A stretch of 64,000 bases of DNA from a bacterium BMS3Abin06. GTDB lineage: Bacteria; Nitrospirota; Thermodesulfovibrionia; UBA6902. Shown in pieces: positions 30,794 through 41,546 of this stretch. The number at the start of each line of letters is the position of its first letter. Position 1 is the stretch's first letter. The stretch lies in the NCBI GenBank assembly GCA_002897895.1, contig BDSY01000041.1, forward strand, positions 36,276 to 100,275. Direction: 5' to 3'. Made by a program: the position numbers and the translations under genes. Below the pieces are notes generated by a model. The model was not told the origin of the DNA. It saw only the letters and a list, made by a program, of their open reading frames with translations, and made no database searches.

Positions 30794-33172
30794 TTACCTT
30801 CTGATTGTGACGGATATCAGGCCAACCGAATAAATAACCGCGGCTGTTAAAAATACTGCGGAAAATCCCGAGAGCATGGCAAAGGGAACAGAAGATGATG
30901 CGCCTAAAACCGATGCCACACTGTTAATCCCCATTGCAACAGGGACAAAATTCATATCCCTCTTGCCGAGCATCTGTAATCCCTTAGGAAAGGGTATGCC
31001 CATTGCAAACCCTAATGGTGACAGAAACAATCCTATGACTGTCATCCTGGCCCACGTATTCCGCGGAAGCAATATGCTGAATATATCCTCCATATAAAAC
31101 AGGTATAACAGAATCATAATTACCACGGCAACCATGCTTGCAGCAATCAGTTTAAAATCATCCTGTTTGAAAAATCCTGAGGCCAGGCTCCCTAATCCTG
31201 AAGACAGGAGGATAGAGAATACAACAGCAATAAACGAATATGTCGGATGGCCGAGAAAAAGCACGGATTTCTGAATCAGCCCGATCTCAACGAACATAAA
31301 CCCGATGCCTAAGCTCAGAAAATAAATTACATAGTTGAAATTATATCTTATCCTTGTATGTTTCCGCCGTAGCAGGTATACGGGTAAAAAAATCAATAAT
31401 ATTGAAAATATAAATATCTGTACCACTGTCTTGAAGAGATTGTATATTACTGAATTCCTGTATTTTAAGATATTTTCAGGTTTTTCATATTGAAAAAAGA
31501 AAGGCTTATTATCTGTCAGCGGCGCAATATTAGAGGGAAAAGCCGATACATATTCCGCCTCTTTATATGACCTTACGGAATTCATAAAGGCCGTAAATGA
31601 ATTTTCTTTGTTCCAGTCCGGCAGGGGCAGGTACAGTATTTCAGCCCTGTCTATTGCCGCATACCCGACTATATCGTTTACAGGGATCCTGATGTTATCC
31701 GCCAGGGAGTCGATTCTCTTTACAATCCTTTCAATGGATCGTATCTCATCAAAGCTGAACGGCTCATTTTTTATCAATACATTTACACAGATCGCCTGTT
31801 TCACAACTATAAAATTCTTATAAGGGTCGGAAATGCCCATCTCCCTCATTGCTGCAACTACTGTAGAAACTATGAGCATAGGTTCCCGGGGACCGAATCG
31901 TATTATGGAAAATATCCCGCCGTCCTTTAAGGAAGCAAGGTAATCCTTAAATGCCTGCGTAGTATAAAGATAGTTCTCGGAGACCGCCAGGGCGCCTGAT
32001 GTTAAATTGGAGGTGTCCGTGTCAGCCCCTGCTATCTGTATAACATCGTATTTATTATTATCCGCTCTGACAAAATATCTGCCGTCCATATTGACAATCG
32101 ATACATTCTCTTTGCCGTAAGGGTCTCCCACAAAATCCCTGAATGTCTCTTTTATGATTTTAACCGTTGTCCTGTTTATCTCCACACCGGTTATTTCTTT
32201 ACTGTTGAAATACAATGCCCTCAGGATATCAGGCCCTCCGCCGAGGCCGATCACTAATGTATCAGGGTCTTTGCGCAGCTGATAGACTAAGCTGAAGATA
32301 CTGCCGTTAAAGAAATTTGTATAATCATACCTGTCTTCTCTCACATTCAGCAGTACAGAGCCTGCATCGCCATCCTGGAACATCTCTTTTATGGGTACCG
32401 GATCCGGTAAAAACATATATGAAAAATCCTTGCCGAAAGTATACACCTCAATCCTGCCTAACGGGTCCCACATGGAAAATTCCCTTGTTGCCCCGGCCAC
32501 ACTTGCAACCCTTGCGAGTCCGCCGTGCGGCTTGGATTTAAAATTAAACAGCACATCTGCGTATTGAATGCCTGCAAGAAGGAATATGGTATAGGCTATT
32601 GTGGCAACAACAGCCTTTTTTGATATATCAAAAACATAGAAGAGGGCGCCGAGAGCGCCCATGAGAGAAATTACTACAATCAGCTTCTCTGCGCCAAGGG
32701 GGCGCAATGCAAGAAGCGGGATAAGGCAGCCTATTCCCGAGCCTATCAGGTTAACGGAATAGAGCTTCGGTACGTCCTTAACATGTTTTTTAAATATAAA
32801 TGTGAGCGCTGCCCCGAAAAAGATGTAAGGTATGCTGAAAATTATAGAGAAGAGCCATAATCTCGGAAAATTATAATCCTGGTTTATCTGTTCAAAGTAA
32901 GCGGCGAATATTATATGCGTAACCAGCACACTAACGGAAAAACCGAGGAATAGATATGCCGGCAGCCTCTCTTCTTTTATTTTATTAATCCCGGAGACAA
33001 GGGCAACACTTATGCTTCCTATGCCGATACCGAGGAGCGCCATGCTTATCACGATGTGAGCGAGTGAGCGCAGCAGGCTGTATGCAAAGATACGGAGCTG
33101 AAGGACTTCCAGTGTCAGAGTGGCAACGGAAAAAATAAAGATCGCAAAATATAGCCGGAATTTATTATTCAT
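30794..33172 (-). CDS. Membrane protein with central spermidine-synthase-like SAM-binding domain
   Basis: Multiple TM helices on both sides of LVIGLGGG/GVEIN/DGR/YDVI; start reassigned to ATG 33172 because the track N-terminus runs through a repeat. Confidence 0.8.
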   Translation of the reverse strand: MNNKFRLYFAIFIFSVATLTLEVLQLRIFAYSLLRSLAHIVISMALLGIGIGSISVALVSGINKIKEERLPAYLFLGFSVSVLVTHIIFAAYFEQINQDYNFPRLWLFSIIFSIPYIFFGAALTFIFKKHVKDVPKLYSVNLIGSGIGCLIPLLALRPLGAEKLIVVISLMGALGALFYVFDISKKAVVATIAYTIFLLAGIQYADVLFNFKSKPHGGLARVASVAGATREFSMWDPLGRIEVYTFGKDFSYMFLPDPVPIKEMFQDGDAGSVLLNVREDRYDYTNFFNGSIFSLVYQLRKDPDTLVIGLGGGPDILRALYFNSKEITGVEINRTTVKIIKETFRDFVGDPYGKENVSIVNMDGRYFVRADNNKYDVIQIAGADTDTSNLTSGALAVSENYLYTTQAFKDYLASLKDGGIFSIIRFGPREPMLIVSTVVAAMREMGISDPYKNFIVVKQAICVNVLIKNEPFSFDEIRSIERIVKRIDSLADNIRIPVNDIVGYAAIDRAEILYLPLPDWNKENSFTAFMNSVRSYKEAEYVSAFPSNIAPLTDNKPFFFQYEKPENILKYRNSVIYNLFKTVVQIFIFSILLIFLPVYLLRRKHTRIRYNFNYVIYFLSLGIGFMFVEIGLIQKSVLFLGHPTYSFIAVVFSILLSSGLGSLASGFFKQDDFKLIAASMVAVVIMILLYLFYMEDIFSILLPRNTWARMTVIGLFLSPLGFAMGIPFPKGLQMLGKRDMNFVPVAMGINSVASVLGASSSVPFAMLSGFSAVFLTAAVIYSVGLISVTIRR

Positions 33173-33269
33173 CGGGGTATATATAGTACCTGATAACAGC
33201 CGGATTTTGCAAAAAAAAGACCTCTCTGCAAGCAAGTACAGGCAGCATTCAGTGCGAATTTCCAAAGCC

Positions 33270-33303
33270 TTGAGATTGCTTCGCTTCGCTCGCAATGACA
33301 TAA
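33270..33303. repeat. Partial family D palindrome
   Basis: GAGATTGCTTCGCTTCGCTCGCAATGAC matches the family D arm. Confidence 0.65.
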
Positions 33304-33406
33304 AAAGAAAATTGTTCCGGGAGGAAGAGTTAACCCTCAACCCTCTGATTTCAGGGTTATGGAAGATTTTTGCTTAAATGATATAAAATAAACAGCAGAT
33401 AAACCC

Positions 33407-34834
33407 ATGAAAGTTACTCTAATCAGCCCACCATGGGCACTCAGCGAACAGTACGGCCTTACACTCCCGGAGGTAGGGAGCATTGAAGAACCTCTCGGTC
33501 TGGCCTACATAGCCGCGGTACTGGAAAAAAAAGGACATCAATGCAGGATCATAGACGGTTTTGGCGAACAGATGGACCAGAACCGGTTCAGAGAAGTAAT
33601 CAGCAGTGATGACAGCGACCTGTATGGAGTGAGTGCAAGTACTCCGATGATCAAAAGGACGACGGAAGCGGTTAAGATAATCAACGAAGTAAAGCCGGAT
33701 ACTGCTGTAATGATAGGCGGTCCTCATGTCGGAGCAATGTTGAAAGTGGAGAGGCACGAAGAACTCTTTAAGGCAGGGGGGAGGATTGATTATGCAATTT
33801 ACGGAGAAGGCGAACTTACGGTAGCGGAACTGGTAGAAAAGCTGGAAAGCGGACGGCCTGCGGCTGATATTGACGGGACCATTGTCAATGAAGGCGGCAG
33901 GATAACGGTCAACAAACCGCGGGAGGTGATCGATGACCTGGATTCAATTCCATTTCCGGCAAGGCATCTTTTGCCCAAAGGCGTATACAGGCCGAGCCTC
34001 TCCAGGTACCGGCGATTACCTGTAAGGAGCATAATAATCTCCAGGGGCTGTCCTTATAAATGCATATATTGCAGCAACAGATATGTCTTCGGGCCGAGGA
34101 TAAGGTCCAGAAAACCGGAATATATTGTAGATGAGATACAGTCACTTGTAGAGAACTTCGGAGTACGGGAGGTTAGATTCTGGGATGATACTTTTACACT
34201 TAATAAACGTCTTGTCCTGGAATTATGCAGGGAGATAGTTGACCGGAAAATAGATGTTCTATGGACATGCTTTGGAAGGCTTGATAATGTTGACCCCGAG
34301 ATGCTGGAAGCTATGAAGAAAGCAGGATGCTGGCAGATAGACTATGGGGTCGAGTCGGGAAACGACAGGGTATTGAAGAGCATCAAAAAAGGTTTTACCA
34401 CCAAACAGGCCCTTGATGGCTTCAGGCTGACAAGGAAGCATGGTATTTTTGCGAGGTCGAATTTCATCCTCGGGCTGCCGGAGGACACTCTGGAGACAAT
34501 AGAAGAGACAATAGACTTTGCCTTAGCCTGCGATGCGAACATAGCCGGGTTCTATCTTCCCCAGGCATATCCCGGGACCGAATTATATGACATAGCAATA
34601 AAGGAAAATGCGCTTACAACAGATGACTGGTCAAAATACATAGTTGTAGGAGATGAACCAAGCTATTTAAATCCAAGAATCGGGAGCATAAAAAAACTCA
34701 AAGAGCTTCAGAGAAAAGCGTACAGGAGATACTATATGAGGCCGAAAGTCATTGTACGCGCCATGCTTGGCATACGCTCCTTTTCAGACTTATCGCGATA
34801 CATCAGGGGTTTTTTCGCTGCAATCAGGTTATGA
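33407..34834 (+). CDS. Cobalamin-binding radical SAM protein
   Basis: EPLGLAYIAA, GGPHV, GEGE, SRGCPYKCIYC, GVESG. Confidence 0.9.
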   Translation: MKVTLISPPWALSEQYGLTLPEVGSIEEPLGLAYIAAVLEKKGHQCRIIDGFGEQMDQNRFREVISSDDSDLYGVSASTPMIKRTTEAVKIINEVKPDTAVMIGGPHVGAMLKVERHEELFKAGGRIDYAIYGEGELTVAELVEKLESGRPAADIDGTIVNEGGRITVNKPREVIDDLDSIPFPARHLLPKGVYRPSLSRYRRLPVRSIIISRGCPYKCIYCSNRYVFGPRIRSRKPEYIVDEIQSLVENFGVREVRFWDDTFTLNKRLVLELCREIVDRKIDVLWTCFGRLDNVDPEMLEAMKKAGCWQIDYGVESGNDRVLKSIKKGFTTKQALDGFRLTRKHGIFARSNFILGLPEDTLETIEETIDFALACDANIAGFYLPQAYPGTELYDIAIKENALTTDDWSKYIVVGDEPSYLNPRIGSIKKLKELQRKAYRRYYMRPKVIVRAMLGIRSFSDLSRYIRGFFAAIRL

Positions 34835-34975
34835 AATTTACCAGGAACTCTTTCCACCATTTCACCTCATTTTCTATAAACAATGCCCTTTCAGGCACGG
34901 AAAAATATATTACGGCCAGCAGCAATATAACAGCAATATACAAAATAAAAAGCAGGTCTTTTTTACTTTCCTCTT

Positions 34976-36997
34976 TCATCCCTCATCCTTTTGCCTTCCG
35001 CCTTCATAAAACCTCACTATCTTATAATTTTCATCCGCATATACAATCCTGAATTTCTCCGTGATATTGCCCATCCAGCGAAGGGAATAAAAAATCTTTC
35101 TCTCTTTTTCAATCCATTTATCTTCAATTGAGCCCTTTTTTATTAATATATGGGTTGCATGAATATTTTCAAGTTTTTTCAGCCATTCCCTGTAAGTGTC
35201 CGACTTGATGTAGACCACCTTATTGGAAAATTCCCTGTTCCAGAGGGGAGCGGTAAAAAACGGCATAGAGGGGTCCAGTTCAAGACTTTCAAAAGTATAT
35301 GCAAGTGTATCGCCTCGTGATATATTATTTTGCAGCCATGTCCAGTAACCGTATTCGCTCCGAACTTTTATATCTATATTGAAAGGCTTATGGCGAGACA
35401 ATGTGCGTTCAGCGGCAGGCAGGAGAAGAAATTCCCTGACCTTCCCAGGCATAATACATGGTGAATTTGCAGTCAGAAATGTGTATCCCGCAAGCAGCAG
35501 GGCAATAATTTTTAATACATTTTCTCGTTTATTGAAATAATCAAATGCGAGTCCGAAAGAGAGGGCGCCTGTTCCTGTAATAAAGATCACATACCTTGTT
35601 AACCAGCTTCTCGGCTGCACAATGAATGCGGCAATAAGCACTAAACTTACAAAGAGGAAGTTCTGCTTTTTCTTTGCTGCGGCATAAAAAAGTGAAAATA
35701 TAATAGAGGGCAGAAAAAGTATCAGCCAGACCGGCCCGAATCCGCTCAGCCTTGAATCATACATGTAATACCCGACCCTCTCCAGCCATACATGGAAAAG
35801 CCTTGCGAAGTAGCCTGAATTGCGAATAACCTCGGGGACCGGCTCAGGCCAGTCTTTCATCAGGCCTTTGAAGAGAGTAATATTGAAAATAGAGACATCC
35901 ACGTAATATACAGGGTTGCCGTAAAGTATCCAGTTTCTTATATACCAGTATCCTCCAATCAAGAAAACCGGGGCTATGAAATATATCAGATATACCTTCA
36001 GCCTCTCTCCTTTTTTCCTCGATATATTGTTTAACGGCTTAAAATGTTTTATGTATTCCCGGATTAAAATTGCGCCGAGCATTACAACAATATACAGGGG
36101 GCCCATGGGTTTTGAGCCTAATAAAATCCCTGCTGCCAGTCCTGAGAGGAGAAGCGGGGTGTTACTGTCTTTCAGGCGTAATGCACCGGCTTTATCAGCG
36201 GCATAATTTTCCGGATCATCATACAAGAGAAAATTCAGAGCCATAAGGAACAGCATGGATACTGCCCCGTCAACATAATTTATTGTTGACTGCAAAATCA
36301 GCACGGGTGTAAAGAAAAACAGCAAAGAAGAATAGATTGCGTATTTTTCCCTGATTTTCAGTTTAACGGCCATACTGTATACAGTAACAACCCCTGCAAG
36401 CGTAAAAAACAACTGGCCCAAATCCACTATGACATCGCTTTTCAAAAATATGATGTTCCAGAGGAAAAACAGGTCTATGTTTATAGGGAATGCATTAATA
36501 TATTGCTGGACAAAGGAAGGCGTCGGGTTTGTCCGTATTGCACCGCTTTGCAATATCTGGCCTACAATCGGGAGGTGGTAATTGAGTGCGTCCCAGGAAT
36601 ATGACGGGAAAAGATATCCTGTAAGTATCAGCCAGCAAACCGATATAAAGAAGAGACTGAAAATACATAATAATACCCTGTCTCCCCTGATTATTCCAAA
36701 AATCCGGGCAGACTCATTCTTAATCTCATCGAAAATACCTCTGCTTCCACCTGACAGCAATGCAGGAATCAGCAGACCTGAAGATATGGAAATATTAAGC
36801 AGGAAAAGGGGGAGGGGATAGAGTTTTTCAAACACCACCCCCAGCAGCATCTCTGTTGCTATTATCTGTGTTAAACCTGCAATGAAAGTCCCTGTTAACC
36901 TGTCGGAAAATATCAGAACGTTTTTTTTTCTGAAAAGGATGATATACCATGCGGAAAACAGGAGAAGGTTGATTGATATATATGCCGTAATTTCCAA
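34976..36997 (-). CDS. Polytopic membrane protein, GT-C-fold glycosyltransferase-like
   Basis: About 13 TM segments, WDALNYHLP loop, WYIRNWILYGNP motif. Confidence 0.7.
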   Translation of the reverse strand: MEITAYISINLLLFSAWYIILFRKKNVLIFSDRLTGTFIAGLTQIIATEMLLGVVFEKLYPLPLFLLNISISSGLLIPALLSGGSRGIFDEIKNESARIFGIIRGDRVLLCIFSLFFISVCWLILTGYLFPSYSWDALNYHLPIVGQILQSGAIRTNPTPSFVQQYINAFPINIDLFFLWNIIFLKSDVIVDLGQLFFTLAGVVTVYSMAVKLKIREKYAIYSSLLFFFTPVLILQSTINYVDGAVSMLFLMALNFLLYDDPENYAADKAGALRLKDSNTPLLLSGLAAGILLGSKPMGPLYIVVMLGAILIREYIKHFKPLNNISRKKGERLKVYLIYFIAPVFLIGGYWYIRNWILYGNPVYYVDVSIFNITLFKGLMKDWPEPVPEVIRNSGYFARLFHVWLERVGYYMYDSRLSGFGPVWLILFLPSIIFSLFYAAAKKKQNFLFVSLVLIAAFIVQPRSWLTRYVIFITGTGALSFGLAFDYFNKRENVLKIIALLLAGYTFLTANSPCIMPGKVREFLLLPAAERTLSRHKPFNIDIKVRSEYGYWTWLQNNISRGDTLAYTFESLELDPSMPFFTAPLWNREFSNKVVYIKSDTYREWLKKLENIHATHILIKKGSIEDKWIEKERKIFYSLRWMGNITEKFRIVYADENYKIVRFYEGGRQKDEG

Positions 36998-37611
36998 TTA
37001 ATCGAGGCAGTTCCGGAATCTCCTGAAACTGCAGTCCGTCATTTCATGATAGAGTTTAAATTGTTCTTCAGCCCTCTCTTTCATCCCCATCTTTTCATAA
37101 ACCTTGCCTGTATCCCATAAAGCATATTTATGTGAGGGGTCTATCTCAAGAGCTTTTTTATATTCCGATAATGCCTTTTCATAATAACCCTTTTCTTTGT
37201 AAATAAAGCCGAGGTCGTAATGCGCAAATGCATTGTCCGGATTTATTTTTAATGCCTTTTGATACTGCGCCATTGCCCTGTTATAATCTTTTTTTTCTCT
37301 GTATATATAGCCTAAATCATAGTTTGCATGAGGATGGTCGGGAAAAATATCCAGTAATTTTACATATACGTCTTCAGCTTTGTCAAAATCCCCCCTCTCC
37401 TTATACATCAGACCGAGCTGATAATAAGCATATGCATTTTCAGGATCATGTTTTACGGCTTCTGAAAATTTTTCAATAGCCCTGTCCTGCGCCCCGAGTG
37501 TCTGATAAAGGAGAGCCGTTAAGGTATACCTGTTAGTGAAGACATAAAGCGATAAAACTATTAAGAGAGAAACTGTTGACAGCAGGAATAAGTTTTTTTT
37601 TTAAGGTTCAT
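36998..37611 (-). CDS. Membrane-anchored TPR protein, frameshifted at an A10 tract
   Basis: TPR repeats; frame open upstream of track start 37408 to 37600 (TM segment plus first TPR); the nearby ATG at 37611 is one base out of frame across A10 (37593-37602). Confidence 0.7.
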
Positions 37612-37627
37612 TCTTGCATAAAAGATA

Positions 37628-37754
37628 AACTACTCAGGTTCAAAGTGACAAAGGCACATAGGCACAAAGTTTAAAAGAAATACAAGGAAAGTTTTTATCC
37701 TTTTTTTGCTTTGTCCCTTTGATACTTTGTGCCTATGTGCCTGTCTGAGTAGTT
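37628..37754. repeat. Palindromic element with octamer arms
   Basis: AACTACTCAG/CTGAGTAGTT termini; GGCACATAGGCACAAAG versus CTTTGTGCCTATGTGCC. Confidence 0.75.
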
Positions 37755-37756
37755 AC

Positions 37757-37797
37757 AAAAGGCGCTTTCTTATCTATATTCATTAAGAAAGCGCCTT
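37757..37797 (-). terminator. Intrinsic terminator after the beta-barrel gene
   Basis: GGCGCTTTCTT...AAGAAAGCGCC stem followed by TTTT on the minus strand. Confidence 0.6.
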
Positions 37798-37828
37798 CCG
37801 GTTTCCAAGTTTAACAATGCTTATTCGA

Positions 37829-38806
37829 TTAATGCATATAGACAAGAGTCATGCTGAAAGTCTTACCAAGGGCGCCGTCTCTGGTTCTAAGGTCGCCGAT
37901 ACCTACCAGATCCGTGCTGTATGAAGCTACTGTCTGTATTTTGCTTGTAATACTGTAAGCCAGGGCAAGACCTGCGCTCAGGTTGTTCTGTTCGAGGTTT
38001 AAAGAGTCTTTTATGACAAGTACATCATCATATTTGTCCTTGTTGCCATACGGAATGAATAACTGCTCCATCTCCTGGGAAACTTTCGCATTTCCTATTG
38101 CCTGGTTATAGTTGAGATTGCACCTTACCGAGAGCTTCGGGGTAGCTGCATAACCTCCGTTTATGGAAAACAGGAACTGGTCGGATGGTTTGAAGGTAGC
38201 GGCACCGAGCTGGTCATTTTCAAACCTGTACTTATAGCCTGTGCTCAAAACCGCATAGCCCTTTGCGAATCCTTTACCGATCAGAAGATTTACTGATGTA
38301 TCATACTGTCCCTCTCCCAGGCTCTGGTAAGTTGTAGGGCTTTTGTAGTCATATGCTTCAGGGACTTTTACGTCAACCTGGACAGACATTAATGCCCCTC
38401 CGCCTATATTATCACTGATCTTCTGTCTTAAGCCGAGGATTATATCTCCTATGCCGCTCGGGCCGGATTCACCCGCATACTTCAGGTTATCATTGGACCT
38501 GACCCAGTCCCATCCGCCGGAGGCAATAGCCGTGAGTTGATTCGTAATTCCATATTCCCCGTAATATGATACCTTGGTTGATACAAACTTTGCTGAATCA
38601 ATTCTGTGTATCCCGCTGTTTAAACTGGTAACCTGTTTGTTACTGTCACGTTGTATTGTCGAGGTTTTCTGTTTGGTTTCATAATAACTTAAAGTCAATT
38701 GATTATAAGAATGGCCCTTGGCCTGTGTCCATGCCGCAAAAGCTCCATTTGAAATGAAAATACATGCTGCCGCTACTAATAAACTTATCACCATTTTCTT
38801 TCTCAT
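37829..38806 (-). CDS. Exported protein, probable outer-membrane beta-barrel
   Basis: Signal peptide AFA-AWTQAKG, YGEYGIT, alternating beta-strand pattern. Confidence 0.65.
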   Translation of the reverse strand: MRKKMVISLLVAAACIFISNGAFAAWTQAKGHSYNQLTLSYYETKQKTSTIQRDSNKQVTSLNSGIHRIDSAKFVSTKVSYYGEYGITNQLTAIASGGWDWVRSNDNLKYAGESGPSGIGDIILGLRQKISDNIGGGALMSVQVDVKVPEAYDYKSPTTYQSLGEGQYDTSVNLLIGKGFAKGYAVLSTGYKYRFENDQLGAATFKPSDQFLFSINGGYAATPKLSVRCNLNYNQAIGNAKVSQEMEQLFIPYGNKDKYDDVLVIKDSLNLEQNNLSAGLALAYSITSKIQTVASYSTDLVGIGDLRTRDGALGKTFSMTLVYMH

Positions 38807-38882
38807 AGCATTACTCCTTTTTGTTATTTTGGATTTAAATTATTTAAAAAATAATTTTCTCAACCCTGCATTTTTTTCGTCT

Positions 38883-40403
38883 CTATGCAGCTATTACGTC
38901 CTGAGTATTTCTCTTAGATAACAAGTGGCGTGCCAATCGGTTCGACGCTATGCCACTCAATACTACTTGAAAAATCGATAAAAAAGCAACATAAAAATAT
39001 CCCACCTGGAACATCATGAGAAACGGGATTGATATATAGATTTTATTTACATATGCAAAATATACATTAAATGTAAAATAAATTCCGAGGAGCAGCTCTA
39101 TTACTACCACAAAATTTATCTCCCCCCTGTATTTCTTACCAAGCCATCTGTCTCTTTTCTTTTCTATGCTGAATTTCGGGGTACGCTTGAATTCAGTCTT
39201 TTTATTGAAAACCGCTTCTAATACCGCCTTTGAATTATTAACCGAAAGCCCTATTCCAAGAGACATTAACATGGGTAAATAAAGCAATCTTGACTTCCAG
39301 TCCTTATACGCCTCTTTCTGTGAGCATGTATAAAAAAACGAGATGCCGACTGTTGCAACCAGCAGGAACGGCACGTCGGTCACTATCATCTGAAACCACC
39401 CGATATTGATCCTTGCAACCATGGACGGGTAAATCAGGACTGACAAAAGGAGCATGAGCAGGTATGACATATTGTTCGTCAGATGAAAAAATGCCTCTAC
39501 TTTGACCTTTAACGGAAGCTTGCTTCTTAAAATCTGCGGAAGAAGTTTTTTCGCTGTCTGTATTGAGCCTTTTGCCCATCTGTGCTGCTGACTCTTAAAA
39601 CCGTTAATCTCAACGGGAATTTCAGAGGGAGAGAGTTCATCTTTAAGAAATATGAATTTCCATCCCTTCAGTTGAGCCCTGTAACTCAGGTCCAAGTCCT
39701 CTGTGAGCGTGTCATTCTGCCATCCGCCGGCTTTTATTATCGCCTCTTTTCTCCATATGCCTGCTGTGCCGTTAAAATTAAAAAACCTCCCTGACCAGTT
39801 CCTTGCCGTGTGCTCGATCACAAAATGGCCGTCAAGCATAATAGCCTGTATCTTTGTCAGGAATGAATATGACCTGTTCAGATAAGTCCATCTTGTTTGA
39901 ACCATGCCTACGGAGCTATCGGAAAAATAATGGATCGTCTTTTGCAGGATATCTCTTTGAGGGACAAAATCTGCATCGAAAACAGATATGAACTCACCTT
40001 TGGCGGATTTAAGTCCATTTGAGAGGGCGCCGCCTTTAAAGCCCTCCCGGTTAACACGATGAATATATTGTACATCAAATCCTTTTTCCTTAAGCTCCTT
40101 CACACATTCCAGGGCTACAACCGTTGTTTCATCCGTGGAATCATCAAGTACCTGTATATCAAGAAGCTCTCTGGGATAATCAACATCACAAGACGATGTA
40201 ATTAAGCGCCTTGCTACATACATCTCATTATAAATGGGGAGCTGTATTGTGACGCGGGGCAATTTGCTTAATTTCTTCTTAAGCACCGGCTTATCTTTTT
40301 GATGTCTGTAATAAAGATAAACCATATAATACCGGTGAGAGGCATATATAAAGACTGTGATCAAAATAAAAAAATATACTACCAGAAATAAATAAAGCAG
40401 CAT
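38883..40403 (-). CDS. GT2 glycosyltransferase, cellulose-synthase-like
   Basis: QLPIYNE, DDSTD, FDADF, TEDLD, QQHRW; TM helices. Confidence 0.9.
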   Translation of the reverse strand: MLLYLFLVVYFFILITVFIYASHRYYMVYLYYRHQKDKPVLKKKLSKLPRVTIQLPIYNEMYVARRLITSSCDVDYPRELLDIQVLDDSTDETTVVALECVKELKEKGFDVQYIHRVNREGFKGGALSNGLKSAKGEFISVFDADFVPQRDILQKTIHYFSDSSVGMVQTRWTYLNRSYSFLTKIQAIMLDGHFVIEHTARNWSGRFFNFNGTAGIWRKEAIIKAGGWQNDTLTEDLDLSYRAQLKGWKFIFLKDELSPSEIPVEINGFKSQQHRWAKGSIQTAKKLLPQILRSKLPLKVKVEAFFHLTNNMSYLLMLLLSVLIYPSMVARINIGWFQMIVTDVPFLLVATVGISFFYTCSQKEAYKDWKSRLLYLPMLMSLGIGLSVNNSKAVLEAVFNKKTEFKRTPKFSIEKKRDRWLGKKYRGEINFVVVIELLLGIYFTFNVYFAYVNKIYISIPFLMMFQVGYFYVAFLSIFQVVLSGIASNRLARHLLSKRNTQDVIAA

Positions 40404-40662
40404 ACGTAATTATCCTTATTTTAAAATAGAAAAAGCAAGAAACAGAAATTTTGTGTTGGAATTATAACATACTGATAGTTATTGACACAATTAGAAAATT
40501 TTATAGGTCAATTATGGGTAGTAAAAGACTTCCTGTTCCAATCTGATTCACTATTCCGGAGCATCGAATCAGATCTGTTTTAATGATAAATTATCCATGC
40601 TGCTTTCAGCAGCAGAAATAAATTATCTTGATTTTAGCATTGAATGATAATATAGTTTAATT

Positions 40663-40992
40663 ATGGATCGATCAGAAAATGATTCCAACATTGAATCCCG
40701 TCTCAGCTGGACAATAGTACTAAAGGCGCTGGCTGATGAAAATCGACTGCAGATTATCCATGAACTCCTGAGAGAGGAGGCGTCCGTACAGGATTTATCA
40801 AATAGCCTTGACATTAAGACATACAATATTTCAAAACACCTGAAAATATTGGAGACGAGCGGATTGGTCAGGAAAAGGAAAGTCGGTGTTCACAGAATCT
40901 ACCACATAACTGAAAAGTTAAGGTCCCGTATAACGGATGATAATCAGGTGCTGGATTTAGGCTGCTGCAAGTTTATATTCGGCAACCCCTGA
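40663..40992 (+). CDS. ArsR/SmtB-family regulator with C-terminal CC
   Basis: LKALADENRLQII, ISKHLKILETSGLV; LDLGCC tail. Confidence 0.88.
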   Translation: MDRSENDSNIESRLSWTIVLKALADENRLQIIHELLREEASVQDLSNSLDIKTYNISKHLKILETSGLVRKRKVGVHRIYHITEKLRSRITDDNQVLDLGCCKFIFGNP

Positions 40993-41062
40993 AATATAAA
41001 GCCCTCCGAACAGGAATTCAAGCAATCACTCTGTTTGTTTATCTGCCCGTACGACAGAAGTC

Positions 41063-41419
41063 TCATTCATTTTCTAAAGGAAGGTTAAGCGCTGTCCACT
41101 CATCTATTCCGCCCTCATATACCTTGACATTTGGAATATTGAGAAGTTTTAATCCAAGGGCAGCCTTCTTTGATGCAATGCAGTCTTTATGTTTGCAGTA
41201 GATAATGATTTCGTCAAATTCAGCCAGCTCGCTTCTTCTATCAACAACCTCCGGATACGGAACGGTTTTGGCTCCCTTAATCTTGTATTTGTTTCCATCA
41301 TACTTTGCTACTGTATCAACAATTACAAAATCAGAAGCGGATTTTTCATTAATTCGCCTCAAGAGTTCATCCTTATCTATACACTCTATGGACATATTAA
41401 AATTAATTTGATATGGCAT
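41063..41419 (-). CDS. Single-domain rhodanese (sulfurtransferase)
   Basis: IKGAKTVP, IIIYC active loop, VYEGGIDEW; GGAGG RBS. Confidence 0.85.
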   Translation of the reverse strand: MPYQINFNMSIECIDKDELLRRINEKSASDFVIVDTVAKYDGNKYKIKGAKTVPYPEVVDRRSELAEFDEIIIYCKHKDCIASKKAALGLKLLNIPNVKVYEGGIDEWTALNLPLENE

Positions 41420-41546
41420 TTTTCTCCTCCGTTAGTATTTGTTCAAAATAACATTTAATAAAAGATCAAGTCAATTTTATGCTTTTGAAAATATTCTTAC
41501 TGCTTAATCTGTTTATTTTATGATAACCATTCGGTTAAATTAAATT

